NCBI GenBank assembly: GCA_951406725.2 | Contig: OX597819.1 | Coordinates: forward strand, 25,606,001-25,670,000 | DNA: 64,000 bases | DNA from: Octopus vulgaris | Lineage: Eukaryota | Reading direction: 5' to 3' | Shown here: one piece after another, positions 52,144 through 64,000 of the stretch | Numbering within the stretch: the first letter of the stretch is position 1 | Layout: every line of letters begins with the position of its first letter | Position numbers and translations under genes: made by a program | Notes under the pieces: model-generated | The model's input: only the letters and a program-made list of their open reading frames with translations | What the model was told of the DNA's origin: nothing | The model's database searches: none

Positions 52144-53046
52144 TACGAAGTGGCATCAAAATATTCCCAGCCTAGTTCTGCAGTGCGGCAACGGTTGGAA
52201 CATGCGTGCGCAGTAATCTTCGTGAGGCAGTGAAGTGAGTGGCATAGCTGTGTTTACTTCGCAAGTTGTGAAATTCGTGCTTTTGTGATCATGTGTATGC
52301 TGTGGTCAGCGATATTGTCATAGGCAGGAACAAAGAGCCTGCGCGAAACTTTGCGTTAAACTTGCAAGTTCAGCTGCCAAGACACTGAACATGCTTCGAC
52401 AAGCTTACAGCGACGAGGCAATGGGTCGTACGCAATGTTTCGAGTGGTATGGGCCCTTCAAAAGCGGAAAATACCTCCCTGGAGGATGATGTGCGATCTG
52501 GAAGATTTACCAGAAGCGTCACCACCCAGAACAGGGTATTGTGCATCAAGAATTCGTCTCCCAGAGCCAGACCATCTATCGAGAGTTCTGCAGCGATTTT
52601 CGAAGAGTTCGAAGGGGGATTTTCGGCGAAAGCGACTGGATCGGTGGAGCGCAAAGAATTGGGTTCTTCATGATCACAATGCACCCTGTCACCAAGCTCT
52701 CCCCAGTCGTGTGTTTCTCTCCCAAAACAACATGATATCGCTTCTGCACCTGCCCTATTCGCCAGATTTAGTATCTGCGGAATTCCATCTCTCCTGGAGA
52801 GGAAAATGCAGCTCAAAAGTCGCCATTTTAACACTGTTGTCGAGATCAAGAACGAATCGCGGAGGGTCCTCGATTCACAAACGGATAACGACTTCCAGGT
52901 CAGATTCCAAAAGTGCCAGGCACGTTGGGACCGGTATATTGTTGCGCAAGGTGACTATTTCGAAGGAAGTGATGTTAAATCTCATGTAAATAAGTTATTT
53001 TTTAATAAACATAACTAGTTCGGAAACTTTTTGATACCTCCTCTTA
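52144..53046 (+). mobile_element. Internally deleted mariner element with TIRs and TA ends
   Basis: MLRQAYSDEAMGRTQCFEW, WVLHDHNAPCH, PYSPDL, GDYFEG; TACGAAGTGGCATCAAAATATTCC / GGAAACTTTTTGATACCTCCTCTTA. Confidence 0.85.
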
Positions 53047-53708
53047 CAAACACACACTGAGCGCAAACTCACATAGAGACAAAGATACACACACTCTCAC
53101 ACACACCACCAGGCAGACACGAACGTGTCTAGGGTGCAGATGAGCAGCAGGTATGTTAGAAAAGTTTGAAGAGTTGTTAATATGTATAAAATGCCACTGC
53201 TTGAAAGCGCAGTTACATAGATGACTTAAAGTTGACGACAACTATTTAACACTTCGAAAGAAATATAAGTAGGGGAAATAATTCGTTAGATTTGAAGAAA
53301 AGAACCAAAGATTTAAGATAGGCAAACAGATATGAGCGATCAGAACCGATATTATTTTAAAAGAGATTTAGATTTTTGTACACTGTCTTTCATGAATCAA
53401 TAAATGATTTTGAAAAAAGAACCTGTCGTCTTTTTGGAATAGCTACAAGGTAACTCATGGATAAATTATTATGTACGGTCATTCATTATCGGAGCGATAG
53501 GAACTGTGAAGTAGACTATAAAATAACATCAAAAAGTTCCCTCGCGTGCTTTAGTGGAGTTTGGAAGACTGCACTCTTTGGAAATGTCTAAATATGCTAC
53601 ATAAAACATTATCTGGAAAGTAAAAACGAAGAAAAAACACGTGAAAGTCTAACAACCATATCTACACTAAGCTACTAGAAACGTTGTGATAGAATGGATT
53701 GCCCGTAC

Positions 53709-54102
53709 TTTACTCTTTTACTCTTTTACTTGTTTCAGTTATTTGACTGCGGCCATGCTGGAGCACCGCCTTTAGTCAAGCAAATCGACCCCGGGACTTA
53801 TTGTTTGTAAGCCCAGTACTTATTCTATCCGTCTCTTTTGCCGAACCGCTAAGTTACGGGGACGTAAACACACCAGCATCGGTTGTCAAGCGATGGTGGG
53901 GGATAAACGCATAAATACACACACACATATATATACATACGACAGGCTTCTTTCAGTTTCCGTCTACCAAATCCACTCACAAGGCATTGGTCGGCCCGGG
54001 GCTATAGCAGAAGACACTTGCCCAAGATGCCACGCAGTGGGACTGAACCCAGAACCATGTGGTTGGTTAGCAAGCTACTTACCACGCAGCCACTCCTGCG
54101 CC
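53709..54102 (-). mobile_element. SINE family A, full length
   Basis: Reverse-complement match to 15772-16188. Confidence 0.88.
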
Positions 54103-54384
54103 TCTTCGTGATAAATTTTTATCATGGGGCAAATCCAGGCTTTTGCAAATTACCCAGTGAATATATTGTGCAGATAAATTTTAATAATCCCTTCTACTAA
54201 AAGCACAAGGCCTGGAATCTCTTTTTCTTTGTGGGGTAGGGGGTAGTCGATTACATCGAACCCAGTGCTTAACTGGTATGTATTTCATCGATCCTGAAAG
54301 GCAAATCAATCTCGACGGAATTTGAACTCAGAACATAAGGTCGGATGTTATGCCGCCAAGTATTCTCAAAGCTCGCTACCTTAG

Positions 54385-54452
54385 TGATAATGATGATGAT
54401 AATGATAATAATAATAATAATATTAATAATAATAATAATAATAATAATAATG

Positions 54453-54521
<69 letters not shown>

Positions 54522-54545
54522 TTGATAATAATAATAATAATAATA

Positions 54546-54583
<38 letters not shown>

Positions 54584-54585
54584 AA
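54385..54585 (+). repeat. (AAT)n-(GAT)n microsatellite
   Basis: Direct reading. Confidence 0.95.
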
Positions 54586-55639
54586 CAACAATCCTTTCTC
54601 CAATAGGCGTAAGGCCTGAAATTTCGTGAAAGGATTTAGTGGATTACATCAACTAACGGAATGGTGAACATCGGTGGGATTTGCGCTTAGAAAATATAGA
54701 ACCGTAATTAATACAGCGAAAGAAATTCTGAAGCCCAGTGATTATGTACATAATACAAGGACTCATATAGTAGTGCAAGTTGCGATGTCCATTTAAACGA
54801 AGCTAGATGTATGATGTATTTATTTCTTTGAAAATGAAAGACTATAAAGTACAGTCGAACTGGTTAAGATTTAAAGAAATAAATATAACATTAATATTTT
54901 TTTGTTTTCTCGGTATGAATTTGCCCCCCGTTTTAATTACTAATTTGCTAAAATTCAATCACATCATTTATAATGAAACCAAAGCGTCTGTATGACAATC
55001 TAGCGTTCGACTACTAAAGCACAAAGGCACATCATAATAATATTAATCATAATACTAACCGCTAAAACTCTACTTGAATTTAAATCAATATAAAAAAATT
55101 AGTATGGTCTTAAATAATTGGGCAAACTTACTCCAAGAAAATGCTTCTAAAAGGTAATTAATTTTACGCTGTAATGAAGAAATGGAGAAGACAAAAGATA
55201 AATTGATTAAAACTTACAGTTTTTGCCACTCGCTTTAATTATTAACTCGCTACAATTAGCTTGCGTCGCCTAGTAATGGAATACAGGCATTTGTGTGAGA
55301 ACTGAGTATTTCACACCTCTAGTACAGGTGCATAGTACAACTAACTATAACAACAACTAAAACTGTACTTGTGTTCAAACAGATATCAAATTATATATGT
55401 GATTAGGCAACGGTGTATAAGTTAATTTTAGAAAAGACTTTCAAAAGGCAATTGCTTTTAGGCAGTAAAGAGCAGAGAACAGATTAGATTAAAGCCCCAA
55501 AACGTCAAGCTAGATCTGGACATTTAAGTAAAGTAATTTGACTAGATGCATCTAAACAGCTACTTTGAAGTAGATATAGCTTACAATACACTTTAATGAT
55601 ATATGAAATTAGGAAAGAATATTACAGAAAAGACTAATA

Positions 55640-56022
55640 TTGGTTTTAAATTTCGGCACAAGTCCAAGAAATTCGGAGGAGGGGGCTAGTCCATTAGATC
55701 GACTCTAGTGCTAAACTAGTATTTTATCGATCCCGAAGGACGAAAGGCAACCTCAGTGAAATACGAACTCGGAACGTAAAGACGGACGAAATACCTATTT
55801 CTTTACTACCCACAAGGGGATAAACACAGAGAGGACAATCAAGGACAGACAAACGGATTAAGTCGATTATATCGATCCCAGTGCGTAACTGGTACTTATT
55901 TAATCGACCCCGAAAGGATGAAAGGCAAAGTCGACCTCGGCGGAAATTGAACTCAGAACGTAGCGGCAGACGAAATACCGTTAAGCACTTTGCCCGGCTT
56001 GCTAACGATTATGTTAGCTTGC
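55640..56022 (-). mobile_element. Dimeric SINE family D element
   Basis: Two Meta-like monomers joined at GACGAAATACCTATTTCTTTACTACCCACAAGGGG. Confidence 0.75.
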
Positions 56023-57644
56023 AGTCTTATAAGTCTAATATTAACAAACTTGCTGGCCTTATAGCAAAATTTGAAATCAATATTAATGAACTTCATGCGA
56101 ACAATAAAACTATATGTATAGATTATATTACCCGTTCCAGTCAGTGGACGTAGTTTCGATATAATAAATTGGAAATCAAGTGAACTGAGTAAAATGTATG
56201 ATAAAGTATAGCCAGCTAAATAATCGGTATGTTGCGACCCAACGTTTTAGAATATTACTGTTAAAGCACACTTTTTTTAACTAATGTATACAGAGAGGAA
56301 AGGGCAGCCACCATGATCCTTTAGGCTTCATAGCATCGGTAATTGGTTAGAGGCAAGAACGAATTTCTGCTCAAATTAGAAATCTAGCCTGTATACTTGC
56401 AGTTGATTAAACTACACTGATGGCACCTAAGGGAAACGTGGTGGTGGCGTCAAATGTTATGTTTAGCAATCACGAACTCAGAGAGCAAAGAGACATTTAT
56501 CTCGTCTGATGCGCTAAAAAGTTGTTTGATCCAGTACTTGCCATGTATTCTAAAAGGATAGAAGTCAAAGAGGACCACCGTAGGATTAGCTCTCAGATTC
56601 CAGAGAGTTGGAACAGATTCCACGATAACGACGCTACTAATTCACCGCCTACAGCATTACACAGTTAAAAATAAAGCTGAACGTTACCACTGTATAAGGA
56701 AAGGAAAATAATCAATACATGGGATTTTAGATTTAAAACGGTACAATAATATTGGTGCAATTATAATTAACGAAACTTTGCGTGCGGCATATATTGATCT
56801 TTACGACTATAAGTTATTTTATGTAGTTATTTGTTTTGCAAATTGCAGGAATTCCTATAATTGACTTAAAATCTCTCAGCTCGAGAGATATGGATCTGTA
56901 TGCAACTATAAGGGCTAAAGTTTAATTAACATTAGTATAGGTTAATAGTTGGTGGGAAGATGTAAACGGCCAGTGTTTAAACAGCACGTTTTGAGGAAGA
57001 TGAAATGATCACAGTATTCAGTACAATGTCAATGTAGTGTGTGATTCAATGAAGGCAGGTGCTTTCAGATGATAACGACAGAAACAAAGTGGATGCAGTG
57101 CTTGGAATGAGTTGGCACTAAGATCTGTCTAATAGATAGCGTTTCTTTTGATTTGCTGTTCTAATTTTAAGAGTGTCACAAGTGAAACAAGACTTTCAGA
57201 TATGAGAAAGATCATACTCTTGTGCAGACTGTTGCAAGTTGATTAGGGTACGTATACTACTCTGTATTCTCCAATGTGGCTTTATGGAAAGTTATAGAAA
57301 ATATTCACGTCTAATTTTTGTGTAGAATGTACTGAGCTGTATAATGTTGAAAAATATCAGTTTTATACTTGAATCAGGGGTGGCCCTGTCTTTTACTCGG
57401 CTTCTATACCTGGTAGAAGGAAGGGAGAATGTTATCTTCAAAACAAAGGCTTGGCCCAAATGCTTGAAATAGGGAAGATTTCACCGAAAGCACCTAAGAA
57501 ATAGGATATGGGGGTTAAATAGAATGATGCATTACGTCAAAAACTCAAAAGCACAACACCCAAATTGTCGTCATACATGCACAGCATTCGTTTGCAATGA
57601 ATTAGAGTTTATCTAACTGTGCAGAATATTAGTATCTGATAAAG

Positions 57645-57949
57645 CAATTCTAGTATTTCAGTACTATTATCCCATGATCATGTGACTAACCAGACTATTG
57701 GGTGCTGTTATATATCGCTGGTTACAATGCACTTTGCAGCATTTTAGCTTTCGAACGATGCTACCCAGCTGGCTAGACGAGCGGACCAGCATCCCTCATG
57801 ATCGAAAAACTTTTTCATCACAGTGGGCTGATGTAACGTGAAATGAAGTGCTTCGCTCAAGAACACAACGCACCGCGTGATTCGGTAATCGAACACACGA
57901 TCAAGCAATCGTGAGTCCAACATCCTCATCAGCCTAACACTCAGCCACA
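57645..57949 (-). mobile_element. Diverged head-type-2 SINE with tail D
   Basis: AACGTGAAATGAAGTGCTTCGCTCAAGAACACAACGC matches the reverse of the head-2 body. Confidence 0.55.
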
Positions 57950-58499
57950 ATTTTTCTTACACAAAGCTTGCAATATTTACATAAATTATATCTATGTATC
58001 CAAAAATAATTACTTTTACATTAGTACAGTCTTTTGTTTTAAAATCTTAATGAGTCATGGTTGTATTCAAAACGGCTATTCTCAATACAATACACTGTTT
58101 AATGTTTGCTGAAATTCTATAATTCTATACTGAAAAATTAGTGAAGTGAAATTTCTGAATATTACCATCAGTATTAACAAAAACATAATTAAAAAAGACG
58201 CAAATTATTTTGTACACACGAACACACACATACACAGGTGGACACACTCGCACGCACAAAGACACACACACACACACGCACACACGTACACCAGCTCCTC
58301 TATTGGCAAGAAGTCATGAAATAAAACTGGATAATGTAATACATACACACATATATAAATACATACACACATGCATACATAATACATACATACATACATA
58401 CATACATACATACATACATACATACAAACATACATACTTACATACATACATACATACATGCCTACATAACACATACATACATACATGTGTGTCCACAAT

Positions 58500-58970
58500 A
58501 GTTCAGAAATGACAAGTTTAGTAATGAAGCTACCATCCTCAAGCATAGCCTCTGGTGGTCAGAACATGTCATCAGAATGACCCCTCCAAGATTCCACAAA
58601 ACTCGTCGATGGTAAGCGTTATCGAGGAACCACAGAACGCGTATTAAAAGAACAACTGAAATATGTCCTCCCTCAAGCCGGCATCAACCGTAACACCTGG
58701 AAAACAGAAGTCGCCAACTGTCCATCCTGGCGAAGGGCAATTCATCTCCGCTCTCTCACTTTTGAGGAGAGGAGAATAATTGAAAAAGAAGCAAGACAGC
58801 AACGCAAGAGTCCTGGCTACTCCAACAAAGACGACCATCGCCCTCCCTACCATGCCATCAATGGCCGACATTGCTCCATTCCAGACTTGGCCGTCTGAGC
58901 CATGTCAAGTTTAAGCATCATGGAGGTACCAGATGAACCAAGATCGGACTCGAGTGGTGCTGATGAAGAT
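58500..58970 (+). pseudogene. RTE-like LINE 3' end, decayed
   Basis: W.EHVIRM, GKR.RG, KEQLK..L..AGI...TW, SWRRAI motifs; TGATGA-type tail. Confidence 0.65.
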
Positions 58971-59144
58971 ATGAATATAGGAAGGGGAAGGCAAATATCT
59001 TAAGACTATAATAATGCACTGTAATATATAATTTTACAAGTTATATAAATCAGACCGATTTCGATCGTTTTGGTCTTTCAATTTAATATAATAAATTGAA
59101 TATAGTATGTATAATGTGTAATGCTTCATATCAAATGTATGTGC

Positions 59145-59176
59145 GTCTATCTATCCATCTATCTATCTATCTGTTA

Positions 59177-59252
<76 letters not shown>

Positions 59253-59307
59253 GTCTATCTATCTATATGTCTGTCTGTCCGTCTGTCTGTCTGTCTGTCT
59301 GTCTGTC

Positions 59308-59368
<61 letters not shown>

Positions 59369-59917
59369 ATGTCTGTCTGTCTGTCTGTCTGTCTGTATGT
59401 CTGTCTGTCTGTGTCTGTCTGCCCATCTATCTATCAAGAGTAGAGAGGGAAGTTTTGTCTAGTGAATGTTTCAAAAAAAAAAAAAAGATGTATGTATGTA
59501 ACAAGGAGGGCAAACTGTGAATGACGGAGCCAGCTTTAGCACAATCCTATGAACCAAAAGAAACAAAAAAGCGAGGGGAAAAAGAGACCAACTTCCTGTA
59601 ATGTGTTTTCTTTTTGCATGACACTATTGCCCAAGGTATCCGTGGTCTTTTCTGTAGGCTTTTCTATCCACGGACAAACCTAATTGTTTTCCCTTTTTAC
59701 ATTGACCTTTCTGTGGTACAAGATCCCTATTGATCGGCCCCACCTTTTTTTTCACGATCCCTTTGATCGGGATTCCCTCGTTTTTTTTTTCACTACCTCT
59801 TTTGATTGGAATTCGCCCCTCTTCCCCACCCCCCTTTTCTTCTTCCCAAAAAGAAAACCTCTACTTTATATTTTGTCCCTTCTGTGTTTAGCTTTGCGTG
59901 GCCAATAAAGAAATCTG

Positions 59918-59984
<67 letters not shown>

Positions 59985-60014
59985 GTCTGTCTATTTATCT
60001 ATCTACCTACCTAC

Positions 60015-60057
<43 letters not shown>

Positions 60058-60090
60058 CCTATCTATCTATCTATTTATCTATCTACCTAC

Positions 60091-60148
<58 letters not shown>
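59145..60148 (+). repeat. (TCTA)n/(TCTG)n arrays at 59145-59435 and 59915-60148
   Basis: Direct reading. Confidence 0.9.
59436..59914 (+). mobile_element. Possible Tx1/L1-type LINE 3' end inserted in (TCTA)n
   Basis: Short ORF end resembling [12 protein letters not shown]..., UTR ending AATAAAGAAAT, (TCTA)n on both sides. Confidence 0.4.
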
Positions 60149-60149
<1 letters not shown>

Positions 60150-62426
60150 AACACGTGCAAATACATATACCTATATGCGTATATATATATGACTATATAG
60201 ATAGGAGTATGAGTGCATGTGTGTGTGAGAGAGAGAGGAAGGGAGTAAATATCAACGTGAAACTTAAACAGAATTTTTATTTTCTCATAAGTAAACGTGC
60301 AAGTGATATTTGAGTCGAACATAGACTGAATAAGTTTATTTCTTGGTGAAAATTCATTAGCCAGTGTTGAATACATTCATCAGATTGCTATCACAAAGAA
60401 AAGAAAACTAAACTACATATGAGAATACTGTAAGATAATACAATGATTGACGTATGTAAATCAATTGAAATAACTTACTTCACATGTTTCTAGTCTCTTG
60501 ACAGGATGGTACTGGGTTCCATTTCTCAGAGTGTTAATCATGTATTATATATGCATACATGAATGAAAATGACAGGTGGATTAATCGATTCATCAGTGGT
60601 TTCATGGTATTGTCAGTTCATTCATTTAGGATGGAACGAATTGTATTCATTATTGTGTGTTACTAAAATACGGTTGTATATGACATTTAGCCGTGTTTTA
60701 GCAATCAATTTCATTGTTTTCTATCTTGACGTTCGAAAGTTCTTTTGTAATTACTTTTTACTACTATACCGTTGCTAACTATAAATTAGTAACTAAGAAT
60801 TTATTGCGAGAAAATACTGTCTTAATTGCTTAGTCTTATTACATGGGAGTCACAGTTGTCATATTATACAACGATGCCTGGTGTTTAAGGTTGTTCGGCT
60901 CATGACCAACAATAAGATTTCGAGTTCAATTGTCGGATCAGGGAAAAACGTGTGCTTTAAGAAGGCAGCTCATATCAAGTCGCTTAAGTAGTGAGTACCA
61001 AACACGTATTAGAGTAGTCCTCTCCCGCTCTGTGTCCCTTATTCTGAAGGTTCCATGGCAGTCAGAATTGAGGCTGCCTCCGTGGCATCTATGTTTGCTC
61101 TCGACCGTTTCTAACAACTCCTTTAATTCAATAATGAAAACATTACATCATCGTAAAGAAAATGTTGTCGTCAGATGAAATCATGATCTTAAAAAGAGAG
61201 GACAATCAAAATGATTTAACATCCACGGCACAATCTACAATCCACGGCACAAAAGACATTTACAGTGATTCTGGTACTATTTGAGTCTGGTGTAATGTTT
61301 TTTTATGAATCAATTAAAGGAATCATTTGAAACGGCCGTAATCGACTGACACTAGTACCTCTACTGTTACTCATATACATTTTATCTACCTATCTCGAAA
61401 TCTGGCCTTCGTAAATATTATGGATCATATATTTAATATAATATACATGTCTGAATATTTCAACAGCGGATTTCTTCACTCGCGTGGGTGTCATTGTCTA
61501 CATACACTGCAAGAATGTCATTCGGCCGGTACAAAAGTACCAATTTTGATGTTTACACACTAACACTCTTTGCACCATTCTCATGTTTTCAGATAATAGC
61601 CCAAACTCCCTAGATGACCCATTATAACTTTTTATTGAAATCCACTTAGCCTGTAATTGAACTGGTGTTAGTTTAACATGTATGCAAAGTTTCGTCAAGA
61701 TTGGTTCACTGGTGTAGGCAGCAAGATGGTATCAGACAGATGGAATGTGCGAGTATTTGTAGGATATACCTCTGTAATGTTTTTGTTTCTTGTCTCATCA
61801 ATTTGACTTGTTTACGTTCCTTTAGTTAAACGTTTAGGCAAATAGAAAGTGATAGAATAATTACACAATTAACAGACTTTATCAAAAAGAGTAGTGGAGT
61901 CAATTTGACCGATGTAATTCTTCAAGGCGGTGTCTTAGCATAGTTGCCTTTTTGTGACTGAAAGTTGAAGGTGGGGGATAAGTTTTAAAATTTGAAAATT
62001 GGTATCTGACTTGGAAGAGACAACTGTGTATCTGCTTCGATTTGTCTTGCATAGTATCTTTCTGATATAGTCACAGAGACGCTCTCGTAAGAATTCAGCA
62101 TATTTTCTGTGCTTTTAGAACTAGCAGTGCTCATCCTTCACCAACTCTCAATACTGATGATTTTTTCCAGAAAGCAGAGAGATAAAGAGAGGGGATAGAG
62201 AAGAACCGATTTGAGTGTTGGACTAGTAGTTTATTTAACGAAAGGGAATTTTGAGCCGCATTCTATTCGCAAAGCTATCTACCCGACGCTTTAATGATTC
62301 CGCCAACTAATTGCCTATCTTAGCATAGTGTAGTCGATTGTAGTTGTCATATTGAAGTAACAGATGCTTTTGTGTATAGAAGAAGTGTTAGGAATAATGT
62401 CTGGCCAGAATACTTTTGGAAATATT

Positions 62427-62649
62427 TTATCTTTTACCTTTTATCTCTTAACTGTTTCAGTCATTAGACTGCGGTCATGCTGGGGCACTACCTTGAATTT
62501 TTAGTTCAAGGAATCGACCTCACTACTTTTCTTTTAAGCTTAGTACTTATTCTATTATCTATTTTGCTGAATCGTTAAGTTACAGGGACGTAAACACACC
62601 CTCACCGGATGTCAAATGATGAGGGGGAGAAACACACACGCACACGCAT

Positions 62650-62684
<35 letters not shown>

Positions 62685-62842
62685 CTACGGGTTTCTTTCA
62701 GTTTCTGTCTACCAATTCCACTCACAAATCTTTGGTCTGTCAAAGGCGATAGTAGAAGACTCTTGCGTAAGTTGCCGAGCAGTGGAACTGAACCCAGAAC
62801 CATGTGGCTGGGAAGCAGACTTCTTGCCACACGGCCATTCCT
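62427..62842 (-). mobile_element. SINE family A, diverged
   Basis: TGTTTCAGTCATTAGACTGCGG...GAACCCAGAACCATGTGG. Confidence 0.75.
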
Positions 62843-62984
62843 TCACCTTATACTTAATTATTCTGTAGATATCCTATATAACCTCTCACAGTTGTCGGCA
62901 CTGAACAGGCAAAGAAAAATATTTGAGTAACGTTATTGCATGATGAATAGATGAAATCATTTTCGAACAAATAAAGCAACAAGT

Positions 62985-63296
62985 GTGGAGATGCAATGGC
63001 CCAGTGGTTAGGGCAGCGGACTCGCGGTCGGAAGATCGCGATTTCGATTCCCAGACCGGGCGTTGTGTGTATTTATTGAGCGAAAATACCTAAACGCTCC
63101 ACGAGCCTCTGGAAGGGAGTGGTGGCAACCCCTGTGGTACTCTTTCACCACAGTTTTCTCTCACTCTCTCTTCCTGTTTCTTGAGTAACGCTGCGATGGA
63201 CTGGCGCCCCATCCAACTGTGGGGAACACATACACCACAGAAACCGGGAAACCGGGCCCATCAGTTTGGCTAGGCTTGAAAAGGGCGAAAAAAAAA
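62985..63296 (+). mobile_element. tRNA-derived SINE, head 1 + V-domain-like tail
   Basis: Same as 34777-35096 in the opposite orientation. Confidence 0.85.
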
Positions 63297-63810
63297 GCAT
63301 CCAGTTGTAAATTTGGTGAACCATTAACAATGTGAAAATATTTACTACTGTCTCACATTTGTATATTTTAATTCAAGACCCTTGAAAAGATTACATACTG
63401 TTCAAGCAATGATTTAAATCTGATTAAATGCTGATTAACTATGATGCCATTTAAAATAGACACTGCTTTTGTAGCCAGTGTCAGTTACTAGGCTTCTAGA
63501 CTAAAATATTTCTAGTTGACAGCTGTAATATTCCCCTGTAATCTCCTCTGTGAACATTCTGCCACTTATGTTTTGAAATGTATTGACTAACCAATCAAGT
63601 GGAATAGAATGTCGCATTTTGTAATTTTTTTCGTAAAATAATTTGAAACCATTTTCAAAATATGTATTTGTAGCAAGATGTAAAAGACAAATAACTTCAA
63701 AATGATGAGAATGTCGCATATTCCTGATGCTATTTTTTAAACTGACTGAAGTTAAATATAATTTTCTCTCGATACAGTACCGTATAAAGTATCTGCTATA
63801 TTCCGGTAGT

Positions 63811-64000
63811 GTGGAGGCGCGTGGCTTAGTGGTTAGGGTGTCAGCATCATGATCGTAAGATTGTGGTTTCGATTCCTGGACCGGGCGACGCGTTGTATTC
63901 TTGAGCAAAACACTTCATTTCACTTTGTTCCAGTTCACTCAGCTGGCAGAAATGAGTAACGCTGCGATGGACTGGCGTTCCGTCCAGCTGGGGAACACAT
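63811..64000 (+). mobile_element. tRNA-derived SINE, head 2 + V-domain-like tail (runs off the window end)
   Basis: TGGCTTAGTGG, GGTTTCGATTCC, CAGTTCACTCAGCTGG, TGAGTAACGCTGCGATGGACTGG. Confidence 0.8.

Noticed and set aside
61460-61765. Possible degenerate Helitron
   Set aside because: Has a CAAAGTTTCGTCAAGATTGGTTCA-type motif but no clear termini.

Overview
AT-rich, microsatellite-dense eukaryotic genomic DNA. The repeat families look like those of an octopus/coleoid cephalopod; that is my inference and was not searched. I can support no host protein-coding gene, rRNA, genuine tRNA or CRISPR array. Almost all short ORFs in the track are microsatellite or repeat artefacts. Recognisable content: (1) a nearly intact Penelope-like retroelement (PLE; RT + GIY-YIG, 42.2-45.5 kb), two older PLE coding remnants and several isolated PLE-type 3' ends; (2) a 5'-truncated CR1-group LINE, two RTE-like fragments and a possible Tx1/L1 3' end; (3) several decayed Tc1/mariner elements and a tiny hAT-like MITE; (4) non-autonomous Helitrons with TC...hairpin-CTAG ends; (5) many tRNA-derived SINEs built from interchangeable head and tail modules; (6) two long inverted repeats. 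The most notable signal is a set of hammerhead-ribozyme (HHR) motifs from about five unrelated repeat families. One family places a tRNA-like Pol III A/B-box head just upstream of the HHR, and one copy of it sits immediately downstream of a PLE GIY-YIG remnant. All ribozyme and family calls were made by eye and need covariance-model or Dfam/Repbase confirmation. Coordinates of decayed elements are approximate.
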